A DNA stretch of 32,000 nt from Hyperthermus butylicus DSM 5456 (lineage in GTDB: Archaea > Thermoproteota > Thermoprotei_A > Sulfolobales > Pyrodictiaceae), in NCBI RefSeq assembly GCF_000015145.1, contig NC_008818.1, positions 1,590,001 through 1,622,000 of the forward strand. Direction: 5' to 3'. Every line of letters begins with the position of its first letter. The first letter of the stretch is position 1. A program made the position numbers and the translations under genes. Under the pieces are notes generated by a model, which saw only the letters and a program-made list of their open reading frames with translations, searched no databases and was not told the DNA's origin. Positions 19,109 through 27,519 of this stretch are shown here, piece after piece.

Positions 19109-21874
19109 TTGAAGCTCGATCCTAAGGTGTACCAGCTAGAATTCTTCCGCGAAAAGGGCTTCACGCGGAAGCAGTGCCGTGTCTGTGGCGAGTACTTCTG
19201 GACACTCAACCCCGACCAAGAACACTGCAATGACGCGCCCTGTGTCGAGTATTATTTCTGGGAGCTGCCAAGGGTTCGAGGCTTATCGGTGCGTGATGCT
19301 CGTAGGAAGTTTATAGAGTTCTTCAAGAGACATGGCCACGAGTATGTTGAACCTAGGCCGGTGGTTGCTAGGTGGCGCGAAGACCTCTACCTAACCATTG
19401 CTAGCATTGTAGCATTTCAGCCTCATGTGACTAGTGGTATTGTGCCGCCACCTGCTAATCCCCTTGTCATAGTTCAGCCCTGCATTAGGCTCGAGGACAT
19501 AGACTTTGTTGGGTTAACTATTGGCAGACACCTTACAAGCTTCGAAATGGGTGGTCACCACGCCTTCAACTATCCCGACAAGACTGTCTACTGGAAGGAG
19601 GAGACTGTACGGTTCGCCTTCGAGTTCTTCACAAAGGAGCTGGGCATCCCAGAGGATATGGTAACGTTTAAGGAGTCGTGGTGGGAGGGTGGCGGCAATG
19701 CTGGCCCAAGCTTTGAGGTTACCGTTGGCGGTCTGGAGCTAGCAACACTGGTGTTCATGCAGTACAGGGTTGTGGATGGAAAGTATGAACCCATGGATAT
19801 ACGCGTGGTCGATACGGGCTACGGTATCGAGAGGATTGCCTGGTTCTCCCAGGACGTGCCAACAGCCTTCCACGCAATATATGGCGAGTTACTTGACGAG
19901 TTTAGGAAGCTTCTCGGAGTAGCGGAGCCGCCACGAGAGCTTCTATGGGGTGCTGCCAGGGCTGCTGGTAGGCTCGATCCCGAGGATCCGGAGAGTGTTG
20001 AGAGGTACTATCAAGTCGTAGCTGAGCGTGCCGGTCTAAGCATTAGGGAGGCCAGGGAGCTACTGGGAAGGGAGGCTGCACTATATACGCTCCTAGATCA
20101 TACCAAGACCATAGCGTTAATGCTTGGCGATGGCATAGTACCTAGTAATACTGGCGAGGGCTACCTTGCAAGGCTCGTTATACGGAGGGCCCTCCGCACC
20201 CTACGCAGACTAGGAGCCGACATAGAACTCGCCGTACTTGTCGAGAGACAGGCGAGATACTGGGGTGCGGACTACTATCCTAGACTACTCAGCCACTTAG
20301 ACTACATACTCCGCGTTGTACGGCTCGAGGAGGAGAGGTACTCGAAGACCCTTGAGAGGGGCCTGAGGGAGGTTACCAAGCTGCTAAAGCGCAAGAAGAA
20401 GCTAAGCATTGATGACCTGATAACACTTTACGATTCCCATGGCGTGCCGCCAGACATGGTTGCTGAGGCTGCATCAAAGCTTGGTGTTAACGTTGATGTG
20501 CCCCATAATTTCTACGCGCTAGTAGCCAAGAAGCATGGTGCTAGCGGTGCGGTTGCTAGGGAGGTTGAGGAGAAGCCCAAACTACCCAGGGACATCGAGG
20601 AGTGGGCTAGAGGATTCCCGGCTACGAGGAGGCTATTCCACGAGAATCCCTATGCTAGGGAGTTTACGGCGAACCTGTTAGGCGTTAGGGGTAGCCATGT
20701 CATCCTGGACGCGACATTGTTCTATCCGACAGGCGGCGGTCAGCTCCACGATACTGGCGTGCTAAGGCTGTGCGGCGAGGAGTATCGCGTCCTGCGGGTT
20801 GAGAAGGTCGGCGATGTTGTAGTCCATGTCCTAGACCGCGAGCCAAGCTGTAGCAGCGGAGAGGCATGGGGCCGCATAGACTGGGATAGAAGATACAGGC
20901 TAATGAGACACCATACAGCTGTCCACGTACTACTCGGCGCGGCGAGGAGGGTACTGGGAGACCACGTATGGCAGGCTGGTGCAGAGAAGACACCTGAAAA
21001 GGCTAGGTTGGATATCACGCACTATGAGTTGCCAAGCCGTGAGGAGATTAGGAAGATTGAAGAATTAGCAAACAGCGCTATCCTGGCCCGTATACATGTC
21101 GATATCGAGGAGATCGACCGCAATACCGCCGAGAAACTTTATGGATTCCGGATATACCAGGGAGGCGTTCCAATGACGCCAAGACTGAGAATAGTGAGGA
21201 TAGGTGACTGGGATGTAGAGGCTTGCTTTGGCACACACGTAGCTAATACTGCTGAGATAGGTGCCATAAAGATTGTCAACGTGGAGAAGCTCCAGGATGG
21301 CGTAGTTAGGTTTGAAATCGTTGCCGGCAGCGAGGTTGCAAGATACGCTGCAAGCCTTGAGGATAAGCTCGACACTATAGCCTCAATTGTGGGTGGCGGC
21401 CGCGGAGAAGCCGTGAAGAGGGTTGAGAAGCTAGCTGAAGAGTTGAAAGAGGCCAAGAGGCAGGTATCTAGACTGCGTAGCTTCCTTGCAGACATGCTTG
21501 TTAAATCTGTGAAAGCCACAGCTAAGAGCATTGATGGCGTTAAGGTATACGTTATGACTGAAGAGCTGCCCGACGAGAACATCTATAGGGAGGTCATGCT
21601 GAAACTTAGCAGAGAAGAGCCAGACTCTATAACCATAGCTGTTATCCGCCGCGGAGAAGACCTCCTAATGGAGATAGGTGCTGGTAGCAAAGCTGCAAAA
21701 CGTGTTGACCTACGAGCTGTCGCCAAGCAGTTGGCGAGCAAAGGTCTCCGGGGCGGTGGTAAACCGAGCCACATAACGCTCTACGGACGCGGGCTCGCAG
21801 AGAAAGCCAGCAAGGTTGCTAGCGAGGTTGTAGAGGTGATAGCATCGCTGGTGAGCAGAGCCGGTACAGCATAG
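19109..21874 (+). CDS. alaS: Alanyl-tRNA synthetase (archaeal type)
   Basis: Archaeal N-terminal Zn motif CRVCGEYFWTLNPDQEHCNDAPC, HHAFNYPDKTVYWKEETVRFAFEFFTKELGIP, editing domain FYPTGGGQLHDTG and HHTAVHVLLGAARRVLG; TTG start. Confidence 0.97.
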   Translation: MKLDPKVYQLEFFREKGFTRKQCRVCGEYFWTLNPDQEHCNDAPCVEYYFWELPRVRGLSVRDARRKFIEFFKRHGHEYVEPRPVVARWREDLYLTIASIVAFQPHVTSGIVPPPANPLVIVQPCIRLEDIDFVGLTIGRHLTSFEMGGHHAFNYPDKTVYWKEETVRFAFEFFTKELGIPEDMVTFKESWWEGGGNAGPSFEVTVGGLELATLVFMQYRVVDGKYEPMDIRVVDTGYGIERIAWFSQDVPTAFHAIYGELLDEFRKLLGVAEPPRELLWGAARAAGRLDPEDPESVERYYQVVAERAGLSIREARELLGREAALYTLLDHTKTIALMLGDGIVPSNTGEGYLARLVIRRALRTLRRLGADIELAVLVERQARYWGADYYPRLLSHLDYILRVVRLEEERYSKTLERGLREVTKLLKRKKKLSIDDLITLYDSHGVPPDMVAEAASKLGVNVDVPHNFYALVAKKHGASGAVAREVEEKPKLPRDIEEWARGFPATRRLFHENPYAREFTANLLGVRGSHVILDATLFYPTGGGQLHDTGVLRLCGEEYRVLRVEKVGDVVVHVLDREPSCSSGEAWGRIDWDRRYRLMRHHTAVHVLLGAARRVLGDHVWQAGAEKTPEKARLDITHYELPSREEIRKIEELANSAILARIHVDIEEIDRNTAEKLYGFRIYQGGVPMTPRLRIVRIGDWDVEACFGTHVANTAEIGAIKIVNVEKLQDGVVRFEIVAGSEVARYAASLEDKLDTIASIVGGGRGEAVKRVEKLAEELKEAKRQVSRLRSFLADMLVKSVKATAKSIDGVKVYVMTEELPDENIYREVMLKLSREEPDSITIAVIRRGEDLLMEIGAGSKAAKRVDLRAVAKQLASKGLRGGGKPSHITLYGRGLAEKASKVASEVVEVIASLVSRAGTA

Positions 21875-22566
21875 CCCTTCCTCCCGAGGCGTTTTACGAG
21901 CTATACTTCCTACTCACCCGCGGCTACCCGCGTAGCCGTGCCGTAGAGCTGGTCCGGGAGAGACATAGCCTACGCCGTGAAGACGCGGCACTCCTTTCAC
22001 GCTGCATACACCCCCTAGACAAGTCTAGAGCCATAGCCTCCAAGCTAGTAGCTGTAGACAGGGTGAAGGGCGAGAAGCTGGTAGTAGACGGGTTTAACCA
22101 ACTGACAACAGTCTACGCAGCCTATGCCGGGTATCCAGTCTACCTCTGTAGCGACCACCTGCTCCGCGATGCACTACTTGCAGGCCCCAGATACGTCGTC
22201 GAAAACATCTCCACCATAGCCCGCCTACTCGCCAAAGCACTTGAGATACTAAAGCCGGGCGAAACACTCGTCGTACTTGACAGCCAGCCAAGCTGGAGCG
22301 GTAGGACGGCACAACAGCTACGCGCACTAATACCCAGAGCAACAGTGATACTCTCACGTAACGCGGACAAGACGGTTATCGAGTACGCTGGCAAGGGCTA
22401 CATAGTAGCGTCAAGCGATGTAGCGATACTAGAACGCGTGGATAGAATATTCGACCTAGCAAGATACATCGTTGAAAACCTACTGGAGGGGCCAGCGAGC
22501 ATAAACAATATACCCCACCTCATAGAAGGACAGCACTCCAGGTGGTGTAGAGAGGCGGGCCCGTAG
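21871..22566 (+). CDS. DUF434/DUF5616-like conserved archaeal protein; 5' end uncertain
   Basis: Track ORF 22063..22566 has KLVVDGFNQLTTVYAAYAGYPVYLCSDHLLRD. The same open frame upstream reads (I)ALPPEAFYELYFLLTRGYPRSRAVELVRERHSLRREDAALLSRCIHPLDKSRAIASKLVAVDRV, resembling the N-terminal domain of this family, without ATG/GTG/TTG. Confidence 0.7.
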   Translation: MALPPEAFYELYFLLTRGYPRSRAVELVRERHSLRREDAALLSRCIHPLDKSRAIASKLVAVDRVKGEKLVVDGFNQLTTVYAAYAGYPVYLCSDHLLRDALLAGPRYVVENISTIARLLAKALEILKPGETLVVLDSQPSWSGRTAQQLRALIPRATVILSRNADKTVIEYAGKGYIVASSDVAILERVDRIFDLARYIVENLLEGPASINNIPHLIEGQHSRWCREAGP

Positions 22567-22634
22567 CCTAGCCAGGATAGGGCGCCGGCCTTCTAAGCCG
22601 GTAGTCCGGGGTTCAAATCCCCGCGGGCCCGCCA
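22557..22634 (+). tRNA. tRNA-Arg (anticodon TCT), CCA encoded
   Basis: GGGCCCG pairs with CGGGCCC; stem CCGGC/GCCGG with loop CTTCTAA; T-arm CGGGG TTCAAAT CCCCG; discriminator G. Confidence 0.95.
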
Positions 22635-22639
22635 CCCTC

Positions 22640-22771
22640 ATGATCCCCATCAATATCAAGAAGATCTATGAAGCGAAGAAAAGGTTTGACCCGAAGTGGA
22701 TATTGGACCCAGGGAAAGTATTACCTTCAAAGCTCGACAAGAATTCCCCGCAAAGGATCTTGCAAAAGTGA
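22640..22771 (+). pseudogene. C-terminal fragment of a GlcD/D-lactate dehydrogenase-like FAD-linked oxidase
   Basis: 43-aa frame MIPINIKKIYEAKKRFDPKWILDPGKVLPSKLDKNSPQRILQK*; the FDPKWILDPGKVLP segment is typical of the family C-terminus; no upstream body, it starts just after the tRNA-Arg CCA. Confidence 0.6.
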
Positions 22772-22859
22772 TTAAAATGGGTGTTGATGCTGGAAGATTT
22801 GCAAAGCTAGCTACAATATTCTTGAGTGACAAAAACTGATAAACTCAAGCCTACCCGAC

Positions 22860-24092
22860 ATGCTTAAGTACGACTCCTTTGCGTGCGCTCAGTGCGGCTT
22901 CTATGAAGCAGTATGTACCGTTTACGATGCTGTAAAATGGCCATCAGCATCACCAAGAGGGAAATTCTACCTAATCAAACAATACCTCCTTGGAAACTAT
23001 GACTTCGATCAGAGAGCATTAGACATGCTCTACTTGTGTACAACATGTAAGAAGTGTGAGCTTGTATGCCAGACTGCCATACCTATAGTTAACCACTGGC
23101 TTGAGATGCATATACCGATGACAGCAAAAGGATATGAACTTACATCACTGAAACAAATAAGAGAAAACGTGCTAACAAAGGGCAGCTTCTGGGGTGTGGA
23201 TCCGAAGGAAAGGTGGAGCTGGCTTCCAGGGAAGTACAATGAGAAGAGAAAGGGTAAAGTGGCCATCTGGTCCAGCTGTTGGGAATCAATAATCGCCAGA
23301 AACATGTCCCAGAATATGATAAAGATACTAGAAAAAAGCTGGCATTGACTTTATCATGTTTGGTGAAGAGCGAAAGTGCTGCGGGCTCTATCTCCTCCTC
23401 GGAGGCTACATAGAAGATTTCAGAGAAAAATGATGTAGTACAATATAAAACTATTCAAATCAAGAGGAGTTAAAAGAGGAGTTAAAACAATAATAGTTCA
23501 CTGTCCAGGCTGCTATGCTACCTTCAGCCACGCATATCCAGAGTTTGCAAAGCTCTTTGGACTCGAATGGGACTTTGAAGTTAAACATGTACTCGAAGTC
23601 CTTGAAGAGTTAGTTGAAAGTGGGAAACTCAAGTTTGTAAAAAGCATTAACGCAACCGTCACAGTCCACGATTCATGCCACACTGGAAGGTGGGCAGGAC
23701 TCTACGATGCCCCCAGAAAGATACTTAGCATGATACCAGGACTGAAGCTCTCCGAAATGAGACATAACAGAGAGAATTCGCTTTGCTGTAGAGCTGTTGC
23801 AATGCTATCAAATCCAAAGATTGGGCTCTCAATTGCCGTAAAGAGAGTGCGCGAGGCTGTAGAGGCAAATGCAGACATAAATGTCACCAACTGCTCCGGC
23901 TGCCTCTCCGCATTAACCTTTGCTTCACACTACTCAAAGGCTGACGTCAAAGTCAGGGACATCACCGACCTACTAATGGAGGCGCTAGGAATGCAACCCG
24001 AGAAAACCAAGGAAAGGATAATCAGTTACATGGAAAAGGCCGCAAAAATGCTCGAAGGTTCGAGGGTTACGCAAGGCAAACAACGCCTCTAA
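22860..24092 (+). pseudogene. Frameshifted CCG-domain Fe-S oxidoreductase (GlcF / HdrD-like)
   Basis: Fragments in two frames: CAQCGFYEAVC...CTTCKKCELVCQTAIP (22860-23348), then FIMFGEERKCCGLYLLLGGYIEDFREK* in a second frame, then KLFKSRGVKRGVKTIIVHCPGCYATFSHAYPEFAKLF...HDSCHTGRWAGLYD...CSGC in the first frame to 24092. Confidence 0.8.
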
Positions 24093-24519
24093 CCTTCAAA
24101 GAACAAGTCGATCTCACTCTATTTCATAATCTGATAGAATGAGCCTAACCTGCAAAATCCAACACTGGTTTAGCTCAAAGGCCACACAAGGCCAGGAATC
24201 CTTACCACGTATAAGTCTACTGTGATCTCACATTCACGTTATGAAGCGCTAATATAACTACATGGAGCTACTCTGAGTCTAAATTTTGATTTCATGTTCA
24301 TGATAAAATAATATGTTATGGTTTGAGAGGTTTCGAGTCCGTGAAATGAAAATTAGGGTTAAGATGGAGTAAAGAGTAAACACAGCATAGCTAGTGAGAA
24401 CCCCACTGGGTAATGTGAGGTACAATAGGAAGGCTGTAGCTCTACCCTTGATATATTACAAGAATTTATTTCCATTAAAATTACTCAGGGAACAATCCCG
24501 GGCTCTGAAGACCTAGAGG

Positions 24520-25050
24520 GTGAACCTCCATGGAGAACCTCCAGGAATGCGTCAATCTGCTCTTAACGCGGAGGAGTATTACGAAGGTTTAAGGACGAGG
24601 AGGTTCCATGGAGCCTGGTTGAGAAGGTACTCGACGTTGCAAGGTACGCACCCAGCGCGTTTAACAGCCAGCCTTGGGAGTTCGTGGTGGTCACGGACAG
24701 GTCACTGCTGGACAAACTCGCCAACATACATAAGTGGGCCTTGCCCTCAAGAGGGCTCCGCTGGGCATAGTGGTTGTCTGTGACAAGACCAAGTCCCCGT
24801 CTTACATGCTGGACTGGCCAACGTAACCATGTATATCATGCTTGCCGCCCACGCCTACGGGCTCGGCACTGTGTGGATACAAGCGATAGGTTATCAGAAC
24901 GCAATCAAAGAGATCCTCGGAATACCAGAAGACAAGGAGCCGGTATCAGTGCTTGCGGTAGGCTGGCCAGCCGAGCAGCCTCCACAAAAGCCCCGTAAAC
25001 CCCTAAGCGAGATCCTCTACGTAAACAAGTACGGAGAACGCGAGGCCTAG
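24520..25050 (+). pseudogene. Nitroreductase-family remnant with several frameshifts
   Basis: Pieces in different frames: NAEEYYEGLRTRR; VPWSLVEKVLDVARYAPSAFNSQPWEFVVVTDRSLLDKLANIHKWA; ALKRAPLGIVVVCDKTKSPSYMLDWPT; NVTMYIMLAAHAYGLGTVWIQAIGYQNAIKEILGIPEDKEPVSVLAVGWPAEQPPQKPRKPLSEILYVNKYGE. Confidence 0.82.
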
Positions 25051-25254
25051 GCCAGTATAGAAATGCTTGGGCTGGTATAGCAGAAGAAGGAGTTGACAAT
25101 CTCGCGTTGACTAGAACTCTGGCTCCAGTTTGGGCTGACACATGCTTAATTATTTTGCCAAGTTATGTTTTCGGCTTAGGCCATGTGACGTACCATGGTT
25201 TTCAATGAATCTGATCTATAGTGCCTAGTTCCCTAGGCCCGGATCCAGGCAATT

Positions 25255-25785
25255 CTAGTTTTCAGCAAGGGGTTCATAGCTCGTTCTTAGCCGCCATCTA
25301 GCCCCAAACAGTTCCATTACTTTAGCCTTGTCTGTAATACCAGCCAGTGCGAAGAGTTCGAGGAACGGGGAGACTACAGCTTCAACCAGATGACCTGCAT
25401 ATACTTCGTCTGGCCTCCTGGCAACTGCTACATGTATGTGGGGCTTGCACTCACCATCCCCACATACAACATTGCCGCTTAAAGCTATCACCTCGAGCAC
25501 ATGACCCTCCAACGGCTGTACATCAACGTAACGGTAGATCGTGCGCACTGAGTCGAATACTGCTATGCGAGCCTTTCGGAGCCCGCCAATACCAACAACG
25601 TATACCACATCCGCCCCCAGACTCGATGCAAGCCCGGCCAGAGCCTGGGGGAGTCGGTCACCCTCCTCAAGCTTCACCATGTAGAGGCGTAGACCCTTAA
25701 GCTCTACACTCTGCACACAACTCACCACATACATAGGTGTTTGCAGAGCTGTAAATACAGCTACCACTAGCGGCACCGAACACAC
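25255..25785 (-). CDS. PPC/DUF296-domain protein
   Basis: GHVLEVIALSGNVVCGDGECKPHIHVAVARRPDEVYAGHLVEAVVSPFLELFAL resembles the PPC/DUF296 core (SxxG.V......HxHxxx......GGH). Confidence 0.78.
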   Translation of the reverse strand: MCSVPLVVAVFTALQTPMYVVSCVQSVELKGLRLYMVKLEEGDRLPQALAGLASSLGADVVYVVGIGGLRKARIAVFDSVRTIYRYVDVQPLEGHVLEVIALSGNVVCGDGECKPHIHVAVARRPDEVYAGHLVEAVVSPFLELFALAGITDKAKVMELFGARWRLRTSYEPLAEN

Positions 25786-25845
25786 TGCAAAAGCTAGGGC
25801 CTGAACACCACTAGAAGCGGGGTAGGCGAGGGGGTCTACGACTCC

Positions 25846-26478
25846 ATGCAGGGCAGGGTGCTCGTTACAGGCTTCATGGTTTTCGCAGGCTACCAGTTCA
25901 ATCCGAGCGAATGGATAGCAGCTACCCTAGACGGCCAAGTGATTGAGGGTTATCGTGTCCACAGCCTAGTCCTACCCGTATCACTCCGAAGGGCCCTCCC
26001 CATCCTCAAAGAGCACCTTGAGACTCTGAAGCCACAAGTTGTGCTGGGTCTAGGGCTAGCACCACGGGCGAGAAAAGTGACTGTTGAACTTGTAGCAGTG
26101 AGCCTAGCGCACTACCCTGACTATCCTGACGAGGACGGTTACCGAGCAGATCTTCAACTTCTGGACAATGGCGGCTTGAGGACGTACACTACACGGATTC
26201 CACTCGAAGCGGTGCGTGCATGCCGCGGGAAAGGCTACCCTGTCACCGTGTCGGTTAGCGTTGGCACCTACCTATGCAACGCCGTTGCCTACGCGATACA
26301 CCGTTACGCCCACCACAACAATGCTATTGGGGGCTTCCTGCACCTGCCCCCCACAACCGAGCTAGCCCACCGTCACGGGCTCACAAACACGACGCCACTC
26401 TGGTTGGAGCTAGAAACAGTCAAGTGCATATTGAGGGAGACTATCCGCCTTCTCCACAAAGCTCCCGGAAAGCTTTAG
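25846..26478 (+). CDS. pcp: Pyrrolidone-carboxylate (pyroglutamyl) peptidase
   Basis: VLVTGFMVFAGYQFNPSEWIAATLDG, LPVSLRRALPIL, VVLGLGLAPRARKVTVE, SVSVGTYLCNAVAYAIHR (Cys active-site region), GGFLHLPP. Confidence 0.9.
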   Translation: MQGRVLVTGFMVFAGYQFNPSEWIAATLDGQVIEGYRVHSLVLPVSLRRALPILKEHLETLKPQVVLGLGLAPRARKVTVELVAVSLAHYPDYPDEDGYRADLQLLDNGGLRTYTTRIPLEAVRACRGKGYPVTVSVSVGTYLCNAVAYAIHRYAHHNNAIGGFLHLPPTTELAHRHGLTNTTPLWLELETVKCILRETIRLLHKAPGKL

Positions 26479-26722
26479 CAACAACATCAGCTATATCCTC
26501 CAGGGAGACCCCGACAAACACGCCTCGAGACCCAGCATCTAGGATTCTCCCACGGATGCATCCCACACTATCACAGCCAATAGCAGCCTCCTCAACAGCC
26601 TCAACGACATCCTCTGGATACACGAAAAAATCTCCCGCCACAACAAGCCGGGCAACCCTACACCCATCCGAAACCTCCAACACAACCTCCAACGTCTTAC
26701 CGCCGGAAACGCGTTCCACCAT
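26441..26722 (-). CDS. Lipoate-protein ligase C-terminal-domain-like protein (LplB-like)
   Basis: KTLEVVLEVSDGCRVARLVVAGDFFVYPEDVVEAVEEAAIG; start moved to ATG at 26722 because the track start at 26839 lies in tRNA-Met; converges with and overlaps pcp. Confidence 0.6.
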   Translation of the reverse strand: MVERVSGGKTLEVVLEVSDGCRVARLVVAGDFFVYPEDVVEAVEEAAIGCDSVGCIRGRILDAGSRGVFVGVSLEDIADVVAKAFRELCGEGG

Positions 26723-26805
26723 AACCACACGCCTAGTCAAAACAAAGCCACCTACACACCAAGAGGCAGCCACAGAGGAGAAGAAGCGCCAAGAAGCCGA
26801 GCTAA

Positions 26806-26934
26806 TGGTGCCGCCGCCGGGACTTGAACCCGGGACCACCGGATCCCCCAGGGACCCCCGAGGCCGACTCCGGGGCTGTGGACCGGGGAGCCCCGTATGA
26901 GTCCGGCGCTCTGACCGCGCTGAGCTACGGCGGC
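26806..26934 (-). tRNA. tRNA-Met (anticodon CAT, elongator-like), intron-containing, CCA encoded
   Basis: Reverse complement GCCGCCGTAGCTCAGCGCGGTCAGAGCGCCGGACTCATA-[51 nt]-ATCCGGTGGTCCCGGGTTCAAGTCCCGGCGGCGGCACCA; intron 26845..26895 at the canonical 37/38 position. Confidence 0.9.
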
Positions 26935-26991
26935 ACCACTGGCCGGCGGCGGCTAGCCATTTAGACTCAAAATAACTACCCCTAGTAGGGG

Positions 26992-27222
26992 TTATTCATT
27001 CTTTCCCTCTAGCACACCCAACTCAACAAGAACCCGGGCAACACGCTCCACAACACCAGCATCAACGGAGGGATGCAGAGAACGGTATATCGTCACCAAC
27101 TCACCCACATCCCTAGCCATCCAGCTAAGCCTCAACAACCCAACCAGCACAGCTAAATACAACCCACTATCCGCAATACTGCCGCTATCGCCAAAGCCTC
27201 GTAGCACGGCAACACTAGCCAA
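26992..27222 (-). CDS. Small hypothetical protein
   Basis: 76-aa ORF with a helical, charged C-terminal half (MARDVGELVTIYRSLHPSVDAGVVERVARVLVELGVLEGKNE); weak support. Confidence 0.3.
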   Translation of the reverse strand: MASVAVLRGFGDSGSIADSGLYLAVLVGLLRLSWMARDVGELVTIYRSLHPSVDAGVVERVARVLVELGVLEGKNE

Positions 27223-27395
27223 GCCCTAAACCCCGAGAGGAGAGGGCATGCCGCACAGCGATAGGCTGCAACATCATAGAGTTTACAGAGCACCACAAAC
27301 CAATGTAATAACACCACAAGTACAAGAGTAGCACCCCACCACAGAAACATAGAAAAACCCCACACAATAAAGCACCAGCCATATACATGGCGGGT

Positions 27396-27471
27396 AGCCG
27401 GGTCGTCTAGCGGCCAAGGATGCGGGGCTCTGGCCCCCGTGACCGGGGTTCGAATCCCCGCCCGGCTACCA
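27396..27471 (+). tRNA. tRNA-Gln (anticodon CTG), CCA encoded
   Basis: AGCCGGG/CCCGGCT acceptor; stem CGGGG/CCCCG with loop CTCTGGC; T-arm CGGGG TTCGAAT CCCCG. Confidence 0.94.
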
Positions 27472-27519
27472 TTCCTTTCATCCAATTAACACTGTCCGTG
27501 GAGAGTAGTATCATCATAC

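Noticed and set aside
26274-26900. Plus ORF running from pcp into tRNA-Met
   Set aside because: Overlaps pcp in another frame, is low complexity (P/T/S-rich) and ends in antisense tRNA translation (VPPPGLEPGTTGSP).
27153-27485. Minus ORF overlapping tRNA-Gln (GSRAGIRTPVTGARAPHPWPLDDPATR)
   Set aside because: The N-terminal part is the well known spurious translation of a tRNA gene; the hydrophobic remainder lacks independent support.
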